A stretch of DNA of 64,000 bases from Candidatus Poribacteria bacterium. GTDB taxonomy: Bacteria; Poribacteria; WGA-4E; PCPOR2b. Location of the stretch: assembly GCA_965116925.1 (NCBI GenBank), contig OZ220744.1:1568001-1632000 (forward strand), in the 5' to 3' direction. Numbering within the stretch: the first letter of the stretch is position 1; each line of letters opens with the position of its first letter. The notes below the pieces were generated by a model. That model was not told the DNA's origin. It was given only the letters and a program-made list of their open reading frames with translations, and did not search any database. Both the position numbers and the translations under genes were made by a program. Positions 1 through 7,786 of the stretch are shown piece by piece.

Positions 1-66
1 GTTTCTGTTGCAAAAGGCAGCCAATTCGTCCAGATGCTGCGGCTGAAGTTCGACAAAGTGTGGCAT
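1..66 (-). CDS. 5' end of a gene running off the window (MPHFVELQPQHLDELAAFCNRN...), possibly a GNAT-type N-terminus
   Basis: ATG at 66 preceded by AGGAAAAG; frame is open to the window edge. The product guess is weak. Confidence 0.5.
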   Translation of the reverse strand, partial: MPHFVELQPQHLDELAAFCNRN

Positions 67-76
67 TATCTTTTCC

Positions 77-399
77 TAGGGCGTGTTGACATTTTGATTT
101 TGCTAATTCAACAAACGCTGTAATTATCGGCAATCTACCAGATATGGCACAAACTGTTAGCTTGCGGACGGAGATCACAATCTAAATGAAAATTAAAAAA
201 ATAATTCGGTAATTTGCTAGCGATGCCGGCGCGGTTGAAAACCGCGCCTACCGTATGTTTCGAGGAAAATCGGGATTACCGATTTAAATACTTAAATCTC
301 ATACAGATTGTGGTACAAAAGACGACTTTTAGGAAATAAGCCTTTGAAAAGGAGACTCCTCGATGAAAAACGGAGTAATGACTTTTCAAACAGGCTCTA
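77..399. mobile_element. Composite non-autonomous element (family F left end TAGGGCGTGTTGACATTT; related right end TTTTCAAACAGGCTCTA) containing a family E insertion
   Basis: 77-185 plus 303-321 align with 18487-18616; TA-bounded, related inverted ends. Confidence 0.6.
186..302. mobile_element. Family E MITE (117 bp, ATGA...TCAT ends, central GTAG-REP hairpin)
   Basis: Near-identical reverse complement of 18248-18364; interrupts the hairpin CACAATCT-AAC-AGATTGTG. Confidence 0.85.
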
Positions 400-1845
400 A
401 ATCTCAGGAAAAATGTTACAGCCATCGGGAGCTGTCCAGAGATCGGGGGCATCTTCTGTGGAAATGTTGGCATTCTTACCAAATTCTTCAAGGACTTGGT
501 AGTCATTTTGTGTCGTTTCGAGCGTGTGTAGCACCGTTTCACCAGACCAACCCGCTTTGACTTCGGCGAGCAGTTCATCTCGAATTGTCGAATAAGAGGT
601 GTCATCGGCAAGGTCGTCCCATTCACCGGGGTCGGTTTCGAGATTGAACAGTTGGGACTGATTATACCCATGATAATGGTTCAGTTTCCAACTCCCACGG
701 CGAATCATCCGAGCCGGGGGATCGTTTTGGAGACCACCCAACTCTGCAAACGCTGTATTGTGCCAGTTGGGAACCTTTCCGTCGTCAACCAAGAATCCTT
801 TGAGGCTGTGTCCTCGCGCTCCGGGCATTGGTTCGCCCCCTACGAGGTCAACAAGCGTCGGCCCAATATCAAGCAGGCTAGTCACGTCAGGGACTGTCCG
901 ACCTTCGGCAAATTGTCCGGGCAACGAAAAGATGAGCGGCACACCGACGGAGTCTTGATAAAAACTGGACTTCCACCACATCCGATGCTCGCCTGCCATT
1001 TCACCGTGATCGGAGGTATAGATAATCAGTGTGTTCTTGCCAAAACGGGTGTCCGCTAGCGTGGATAGTAGCTTTCCGATTAGTTCATCCATGAATGTCA
1101 CTAGACCGTAGTATGCCGCCCGCGCGATTCGTACCTGCTCATCTGTCAGTTCATCAACTTGGCGGTGTTTCCGCCACGATTTCATGAACGGGTGGAGTGA
1201 ATCGTGATAGCTTTGAGGTAGTTGTGGCACATCAATCTTCTCAAGATATTCGTCGAACAGTCGTTTCGGTGCAATGAACGGGCAGTGTGGGAGCACATAT
1301 CCAACCGTCATGAAAAAGGGACGATCCCCCGGATTTTTGTCCAACGATTCAAGAAATTGGCAGCCAACTTGCGTGACATCTTCATCGTAGCGGGTGTAGG
1401 CGGTACGTCCGGGACCCGCAACTTTAACACCGGCGGCGGTTTGACCGGCGGTGGAGGTGGGAATATGTCCCAGTTGGGGACTGATGTCTCCGATAATTCG
1501 CCGTTCAAAACCGTGCCGTTGATCGGGGCCGTTAAAGTGCATACGTCCACACAAAGTTGTTTCGTATCCAGCATTGACTAGGTGATGGACAAAGGTGGGT
1601 ATATCGGATTGGAGGCGGCAACGATTGGTCCAGACACGGATATCTGAGCTATGCCGGCTTGTCAGAAATGTCATCCGTGAAGGCACGCAGAGGGGATTGC
1701 CGCAATGATTGTTGGCAAAGCGAACACCACGCGATGCTAATCGGTCAAGCGTCGGGGTTCGCACAACTTCTTCTCCGGCACACCCAAGAAAGCGTGGACT
1801 GTGCTGGTCTGACATAATTAGCAGAATGTTTGGAGGAGTTGTCAT
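397..1845 (-). CDS. Formylglycine-dependent sulfatase (choline-sulfatase-like)
   Basis: PNILLIMSDQH start, CVPSR (CxPxR) motif, YTSDHGEM, LFNLETDPGE. Confidence 0.92.
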   Translation of the reverse strand: MTTPPNILLIMSDQHSPRFLGCAGEEVVRTPTLDRLASRGVRFANNHCGNPLCVPSRMTFLTSRHSSDIRVWTNRCRLQSDIPTFVHHLVNAGYETTLCGRMHFNGPDQRHGFERRIIGDISPQLGHIPTSTAGQTAAGVKVAGPGRTAYTRYDEDVTQVGCQFLESLDKNPGDRPFFMTVGYVLPHCPFIAPKRLFDEYLEKIDVPQLPQSYHDSLHPFMKSWRKHRQVDELTDEQVRIARAAYYGLVTFMDELIGKLLSTLADTRFGKNTLIIYTSDHGEMAGEHRMWWKSSFYQDSVGVPLIFSLPGQFAEGRTVPDVTSLLDIGPTLVDLVGGEPMPGARGHSLKGFLVDDGKVPNWHNTAFAELGGLQNDPPARMIRRGSWKLNHYHGYNQSQLFNLETDPGEWDDLADDTSYSTIRDELLAEVKAGWSGETVLHTLETTQNDYQVLEEFGKNANISTEDAPDLWTAPDGCNIFPEI

Positions 1846-1857
1846 GTCAAAACCTCA

Positions 1858-2029
1858 TAAGACTTACGCGCTTCAGCTCTAAGAGTAGATAGGGACGCAG
1901 ATTTCGCTGATTTTCGCAGATAAAAAGACAGGACTTACGCAAATTTAGCACATGGGGGTAGATTTTTGATTTTTAACCCCCTAAATCCCCCTTATCAGGG
2001 GGACTTATGAACGTTCTGCGTATGTCCTA
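1858..2029. mobile_element. Family C MITE composite (AGGACTTACGCA...TGCGTA(A/T)GTCCTA ends), with two left ends and one right end
   Basis: 1929-2029 nearly identical to 40412-40513; 6-bp direct repeat ACCTCA at 1852-1857 and 2030-2035. Confidence 0.8.
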
Positions 2030-2069
2030 ACCTCAATTTGAAGATGAGAAGAAGGGTAGGGAGTTTTCA

Positions 2070-2924
2070 TCAAATGGCAGCTCCCGCCAACACGAACCGT
2101 TCCAGTGCTGCTGCGACACCGTCCGCATCATTTGAGGAGGTCACGTAGAATCCGTGTTGTTTGAGTGCTTCACCTGCATTCTCCATGATCACGCCCGTTC
2201 CGGCAAATTTCAGCATATCCAGATCGTTATAGTTGTCGCCTATTGCGAGGATTTCCGATGGCTGTATTCCCATTTTTTTGGCAAGGTAACGTAACGGCAG
2301 ATCCTTGCCAACGGTTGCGTGTGAGAGGCCGAGAAAAGCGTGTCGTCCGTTATTGATGATTACTAGGATCGGCTTGACCTGTCCATTTAAGCGTGTCTGA
2401 AAAATTTCAGCGACCTCATGTGCCTTCTCTGCGGGAACGACAGAGATAACTTCAATCACATCGCCCGGCAAATCGGTTGCCAGATTATCGACCCATTTCA
2501 GGTGAGCTTTATTCTCCTCAAGATAGCCACGCTCCCAGGTATCAAGTTGATCGCCGTATTGCTCAACAAAGATATTGGCTGCATCTTGCGTACCTTCAAA
2601 AACAACAGGACGAAGTCCAAGTTCCTTCGCGATCTGGACAACCTGTTTCGCAATGGTGCAGGGCAGCAGTTGGTAGTGAAGTAGCTCGCCGTTGAGTCGT
2701 TTGAGGATCGCACCGTTATGTGCTGCCAGCAACACTTCTGGAAACTCAAGTTGTGAAATTCTCGGTTTGGCTGTGATAAAACGTCGTCCGGTTGCAACGA
2801 CAACGGTTGCGCCTGTTTGAGCGACGTGATGTACAACCTCCTTTGTACGCTCCGTAATCCTTCCGTCCGAATCTGCGAGTGTGCCATCAATGTCCAAGGC
2901 AATTAGTTTATATTTTGCCATCAT
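2070..2924 (-). CDS. Cof-type HAD-IIB hydrolase
   Basis: LDIDGTL, ATGR and GDNYNDLDM motifs; ATG at 2924 overlaps the upstream stop. Confidence 0.92.
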   Translation of the reverse strand: MMAKYKLIALDIDGTLADSDGRITERTKEVVHHVAQTGATVVVATGRRFITAKPRISQLEFPEVLLAAHNGAILKRLNGELLHYQLLPCTIAKQVVQIAKELGLRPVVFEGTQDAANIFVEQYGDQLDTWERGYLEENKAHLKWVDNLATDLPGDVIEVISVVPAEKAHEVAEIFQTRLNGQVKPILVIINNGRHAFLGLSHATVGKDLPLRYLAKKMGIQPSEILAIGDNYNDLDMLKFAGTGVIMENAGEALKQHGFYVTSSNDADGVAAALERFVLAGAAI

Positions 2925-3859
2925 CAATTCGCCTTGTTAAGCAACTCTGCCTGTGCGGTTAATACTGTTTCAGCCGACAACTCTTCGTCCCCTTTGGCGG
3001 TGCTACATTTCGTGCCGAGGAATATGGGTTGAGAACTTGATGCTAGCACAGCAGCACAGGATATGGCATCTGCTTCAGTAAAGCCACTTTGGGGATCGAG
3101 ATGCGAATTGTGGGAGTCTGTGAATCCATCCGCAGATGCGCCAGCACCGGACAAAATCACGCCCGACAAAGGCACGTCCGACTCCAGAATCTGGTGTACC
3201 CCCGATAGTGGCACGTTGCCGTTGACCAGCAGGCGTCCCCAGTTGACCATGAGCGCGATGGGATTTCCTGATGTACTTCCACTATTCACGAAGGATAGTA
3301 TTTGGATAAGATCGGATAGCGTCAATGAAGCCTTCTTCGCTGCAGGGAACGGTATTGGATGGTCGGGAGGGAGCCAGTCTGTCACTTCTACCGATAGCGT
3401 GGTGTCCGGTAGGATAGATGCAGCCAGCTGGTGCAAATGGGTCAAACTTTTATGGAATGCGATGGCGTGTGGGATAGTTTCGCCGGAGCGTCCGCCGGTG
3501 TGGACGAAGACGTTGCGGACACGGATGCCAGCCTCGGATAACGCCATACATTGCTGCAGTGATGAACAGGCATCCACCAACGCTGTTTGACGGGACGATT
3601 CGTCCAGTGAGGAGAGGCCGTACGCGGGGTTCTTCTGCCCAGCGGTTGCCCACTGTGCTACAAAGGTTGCTACAATCGACGCGGATAGTTCGGTGAGTAC
3701 GTCAACGACTTCCGGCACTACCGGCACACCCGCCAGAATTGGAACTTCAAAGGTGTTGATATTCCATTCTTCCACCGCTTTGCGATACCAATCCGCTTGT
3801 TCGGTTGGCGAAAGCGTTCCAACGATGGTATAGGCGCCTAGAACTTTTTCGGTAATCAT
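2924..3859 (-). CDS. DUF4862-like TIM-barrel protein
   Basis: 311-aa ORF with RBS; YGLSSLDE and VNWGR motifs recalled for DUF4862. Confidence 0.6.
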   Translation of the reverse strand: MITEKVLGAYTIVGTLSPTEQADWYRKAVEEWNINTFEVPILAGVPVVPEVVDVLTELSASIVATFVAQWATAGQKNPAYGLSSLDESSRQTALVDACSSLQQCMALSEAGIRVRNVFVHTGGRSGETIPHAIAFHKSLTHLHQLAASILPDTTLSVEVTDWLPPDHPIPFPAAKKASLTLSDLIQILSFVNSGSTSGNPIALMVNWGRLLVNGNVPLSGVHQILESDVPLSGVILSGAGASADGFTDSHNSHLDPQSGFTEADAISCAAVLASSSQPIFLGTKCSTAKGDEELSAETVLTAQAELLNKAN

Positions 3860-3906
3860 TTGGTGTCCTTTCTCAATAAGGGAGGGTCATGTGAGGAAGC
3901 GGAAAA

Positions 3907-3935
3907 ATCGTAACAGACTCCCCCTTTTTTGTCAA
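3907..3935 (-). promoter_or_regulatory. sigma70-like promoter for the DUF4862-HAD operon
   Basis: TTGACA-17-TACGAT on the minus strand. Confidence 0.55.
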
Positions 3936-3953
3936 GGGTTTTTGCCCAAATCT

Positions 3954-4330
3954 TAGAGTCATTTATGGTAGATTTTAGAATTAATGAGACACTGTGAACG
4001 AGCGAGGTCAGGAACTTTGTTCGCGGAGTTACGGCACACGGAGTGTGCCTACTACTTTGAATGTGCATTTATGTTTATAGTAGATTTTAGAATCGATGGG
4101 ATACGCCAAACCGGTGCGGTTGCAAACCGCACCTACCGGGCCTGGGGAAAATATAGAATTACCGAATTATTTTCTCGAATCTCATGAAAATCGACCTACA
4201 GAAGTGTCCTGCGGGTTGGGAGACCCAACCCCTACGCAGGATTATGTGTCTGTGTAACCTCGTTGACTATGGGGTTGCGATGAAATGCCAACAGCGTTTG
4301 TAGGTCGAGATTCATATATAGACTGTCGAA
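3954..4330. mobile_element. Nested cluster: family D end, two family A left halves, family E right half, family F right part and several GTAG REPs
   Basis: Segments match 54192-54300, 18200-18247, 39026-39100, 228-302 and 18681-18850. Confidence 0.75.
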
Positions 4331-4357
4331 CTTAAAAAATTGACCTCTGTCTCCTGC

Positions 4358-7300
4358 CTACTTGACGATCACCATTCGCCGGGTTTGGGTGTAGGTGTCG
4401 GTGTTGAGGGTGTAGAAGTAGACGCCACTGCTAACCGGTTCTCGATTTTGGTTTCGCCCGTCCCAGTAGATAGCCCGCTTGCGGGTGTGGTAGTAGCCGG
4501 CCGGTTTGTGTCCGACTTGAATTGTCCTGACGAGGCTGCCGGTCACATCGTAGATTTTGACAGTGACAGTAGACTCTTCTGATAACTGATAGGGTATCCA
4601 TGTATCCGGGTTGAAGGGGTTGGGATAGTTGGAGAGGAGTTTGGTCTCTTGGACGTTGAGATCTGCGATGGATAGGTAGTGGCGGAGCAGTTCGATGGCG
4701 ATTTGAACGCCGTGTGATTTGTTGGGGATAGCCTCTAACTCGGCCAAAGCACGTTGTACGGCGATGACCTCTTTGGCGGTGGAGGGGATAGATTCGATGA
4801 GAGCTAACTGCGAAGGAGCGGCGGCATTCTGACTCAGATGCTTTGCGACAAGGGTGAGATCGAGTATATTGACTACCCCATCGCCATTGAGGTCAGGATC
4901 GGATTTACCGAAGTTGTTGGCAACGTGCACCAAGTCCAAGATGTTGACGTTCCCATCGCCGTTGACATCTGCGGGGTTTTTGGCTTTGAGGTATATTTCG
5001 CCGTCAAGGTCGGGGAGTAGGTGGGTCTGGGCTGCAGCATTGCTTCCCCTATCGGAGACGGGGGTGGCAGGTGCAGGCAGGGAGATAGTTTGGGCTACCC
5101 CGCTTCGGTTATAGACCGCCCACCCGTTGGTGAACTCTCTGATATACAAGCCTTGAACATTTTGATAGCGTTGGGCAGCGGGACTGACGGGTTGTCCGAG
5201 GTCAGTATCATAGAAGGGATACCAGAAACGTCCTACAGTGGTGGAGAAGCCAACGTATCCATCGGACAGGGTGAGCCCCATTGTGATGAACAGCCGCATC
5301 AGTTGCTTATTGTTCGGACTCTCGGGGGGTTCAGTTGGCATCGCACGCCCTCTTAAACAGTTGATTTGCGGCTCTCTCAGATTTTCTTCTAACCAGATGA
5401 GATTGGTTTCAATCTCAATAATATCATCGCGTGTGTAACCTATCTCAGGATCATCAGGGAAGGTTTCCATGTAACTGCCGTTGACGTAAGGAGCTGAGAT
5501 TGGGAGTTTCCTTCGATTTCTATTGGCAAGTATCAAAAAATCGTTAGGAACGTTGGCACGGATGCGTCGAAGAATCGATAGTCGTGCATCTCGTTCTTCT
5601 TCGGGGGTGCTATAGATTATGGTTCCATTGGGGTGATGAAAATTTGCCATTGAAATGCCGTACTCCTGCCACCAATCGAAGAAGATTCCGTCATACAATC
5701 CGCATTTTGAGACAGCAATCGTCTGTTCGACAATTATATCTTGCATCCCCGGTTGCCTAAAATCAAGCAGGTAGCGATTGGGTTTTGGTTTGCCAGAAGA
5801 TTCATGCCAATCTTGAACGAGATTGCCAGCTTCATCTCTGAGCCAATAGGGAAAGTCTTCAGGATAGTGACTATGAAGATGTGCAGATCGTTGTCGGATT
5901 TCAACGAGGAAGATTGTATTCGGGTTTTTGGCGAGTCGTTCCTCCCGTTTAGCTCTTGCCCGGTCCAGAGCACCTTTGAGTTGATAGCCTTGAGGGGTTG
6001 ATAGAAAATTAAGTTGAAAATGGGGACCGTGCCAATGTAAATCGTGAAGAGCTTCTCTATCATCATACGATAAGTGAGGCAGATTGCTTGTTGAATTTGC
6101 CCATCCTTGATAAAAGGAGGGGAAGTCCCGATTCTCGATGCGGTCTCGAATCGGTGGATCTGGAATGAGACATACCTCATCATATACAAACTCGGTCAGA
6201 GAGAGTCCCTGAAGTGGACTAAAGTCGATAATTCTGTTATTGAAAATCGAAAGATGTTCTAACTGAGTTAGATTCGCAAGTGGGGTCACATCAACAATCC
6301 AGTTGCCCGCTAGGCTTAACCAACGGAGTGCTGCCAAACCGGCAAGCGGTGTCAAATCTACAGAATCGTCGATACTACAATCTATAAGATGTAAGTCCCT
6401 TAATTGTGTGAGATTTGATAAGGGTGTGAGATCTGTTATGGGGACACCAGTGAGGTTGAGGATTGTCAGTTTTGTGAGATTCGATAGCGGAGAGAGGTCG
6501 TCGATAGGATTACCTCGAAGTTCCAGAAACTCCAAGTTTATAAGTTCTGCCAATGGGGTGATGTTTTGAATCTGATTTAGAGGGAGAGCGAGAAATTCCA
6601 GGTTGATGGCATATTCTATGCCGGTAATGTTGTGTATCTGGTTCCCTATGGCAGTAAATCTTTTTAATTTCGACATCTCTAGTTGGGTGATAGGGATTCC
6701 ATTAGGGAGTTCCAGAGCCTCCCGGATGGCACGCTTGAGGTTACGATCCGGTATTTCCACCTCGCTTGAAGCGATCTCTTGTAATTGATGGATATCAACA
6801 TCCACACTCTGAAGGTTCAAACCAAAGAGGGGCCGAAAGTCTGTTATCGGATTGTTAACAATTGTCAGATCGGTCAGCTGTATTAACTTAGCGAGCGGAC
6901 TGACATCAACCACCTGATTTTTGGCAAGATGTAGTGTTTTCAATACGGTTAAGTTGGCAAGGGGGCTGACATCGACAATCTGATTACGTTCAATGTATAG
7001 TTCTTCCAACTGTGTTAAGTTTGCAAGTGGGCTGATATCGACAATCTGATTTCTTTCTATCCATAGTTTTTTTAACGCGGTTAAGTTTGCAAGGGGACTA
7101 ACATCGACAATCTGATTGCTAGATAGGGTTAGCAGTATAAGTTGTGTCAGGCTCGATAGAGATGTAAGGTCTGTTATGTGTCGACAATGACTTAGGTGAA
7201 GCTCCTTTAACAGTGTTAGGTTGGCAAGCGGCGTGAGGTCTTTTATGGGCACGCCAGCAAGATTGAGATATGTCAGTTTTGTGAGATTGGCAAGGGGAGA

Positions 7301-7669
7301 GATGTCGGCAATTGGATTATTTCTTAGAATAAGAAAATCCAAGTTTGTAAGCCCAACCAATGGGGTGATGTCTTGAATCTGATTTACAGGAAGGACTAAT
7401 GTCCTCAAATTCGTAGCATATTCCAACCCGGTGAGATTTTCTATTTCTGCTTCGTTGGCTCTGAGTCTATTTAATCGCAACATCTCCTGCCGGGAGATAG
7501 GGATTTCATCAGGCAGCGTGAGTGCTGCCCGGACGGCTTGGTTGAGATTGGGGTCGGGAATCTCCACCACCTGAGCAGAGGCGTGGGGGATGAGAAGGAT
7601 TGCCACGACGGAAAGGATAAGAAGACGAGAAAACGGGAAAACGAGAAAACGGGACAGCGAGAATTTCAT
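4358..7669 (-). CDS. Secreted internalin-type LRR protein with a putative glycoside-hydrolase (GHL15-like TIM barrel) domain, dockerin-like pair and FlgD-Ig/T9SS-like C-terminal domain
   Basis: Signal peptide (...HASA/QVV); 22-aa LRRs in two capped blocks; YDGIFFDWW and NGSYMETF; DVNGDGNVNILDL-type repeat x2; NYPNPFNPDTWIPYQL. Confidence 0.85.
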   Translation of the reverse strand: MKFSLSRFLVFPFSRLLILSVVAILLIPHASAQVVEIPDPNLNQAVRAALTLPDEIPISRQEMLRLNRLRANEAEIENLTGLEYATNLRTLVLPVNQIQDITPLVGLTNLDFLILRNNPIADISPLANLTKLTYLNLAGVPIKDLTPLANLTLLKELHLSHCRHITDLTSLSSLTQLILLTLSSNQIVDVSPLANLTALKKLWIERNQIVDISPLANLTQLEELYIERNQIVDVSPLANLTVLKTLHLAKNQVVDVSPLAKLIQLTDLTIVNNPITDFRPLFGLNLQSVDVDIHQLQEIASSEVEIPDRNLKRAIREALELPNGIPITQLEMSKLKRFTAIGNQIHNITGIEYAINLEFLALPLNQIQNITPLAELINLEFLELRGNPIDDLSPLSNLTKLTILNLTGVPITDLTPLSNLTQLRDLHLIDCSIDDSVDLTPLAGLAALRWLSLAGNWIVDVTPLANLTQLEHLSIFNNRIIDFSPLQGLSLTEFVYDEVCLIPDPPIRDRIENRDFPSFYQGWANSTSNLPHLSYDDREALHDLHWHGPHFQLNFLSTPQGYQLKGALDRARAKREERLAKNPNTIFLVEIRQRSAHLHSHYPEDFPYWLRDEAGNLVQDWHESSGKPKPNRYLLDFRQPGMQDIIVEQTIAVSKCGLYDGIFFDWWQEYGISMANFHHPNGTIIYSTPEEERDARLSILRRIRANVPNDFLILANRNRRKLPISAPYVNGSYMETFPDDPEIGYTRDDIIEIETNLIWLEENLREPQINCLRGRAMPTEPPESPNNKQLMRLFITMGLTLSDGYVGFSTTVGRFWYPFYDTDLGQPVSPAAQRYQNVQGLYIREFTNGWAVYNRSGVAQTISLPAPATPVSDRGSNAAAQTHLLPDLDGEIYLKAKNPADVNGDGNVNILDLVHVANNFGKSDPDLNGDGVVNILDLTLVAKHLSQNAAAPSQLALIESIPSTAKEVIAVQRALAELEAIPNKSHGVQIAIELLRHYLSIADLNVQETKLLSNYPNPFNPDTWIPYQLSEESTVTVKIYDVTGSLVRTIQVGHKPAGYYHTRKRAIYWDGRNQNREPVSSGVYFYTLNTDTYTQTRRMVIVK

Positions 7670-7705
7670 AGTAACTCCTTTATTTCGTGCATGAGTTTAT
7701 TATCC

Positions 7706-7776
7706 GTAGGTTGGGTTGAGCGGTGAGCGCGAAACCCAACTCAATAAAAGTAGTAGGCATACTCCGTATGCCGTAA
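7706..7776 (+). repeat. Two GTAG-type REP hairpins between the LRR genes
   Basis: GTAGGTTGGGTT...AACCCAAC and GTAGTAGGCATACTCCGTATGCCG; the latter is related to 4029-4055 and 54258-54283 (reverse complement). Confidence 0.7.
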
Positions 7777-7786
7777 TCTAACGGTG

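Noticed and set aside
3856..4187. Short ORFs 3856-4068 and 3984-4187 (likewise 10555-10767, 18759-18941, 35328-35550, 38993-39229)
   Set aside because: They lie within MITE/REP sequence and have no protein-like motifs.
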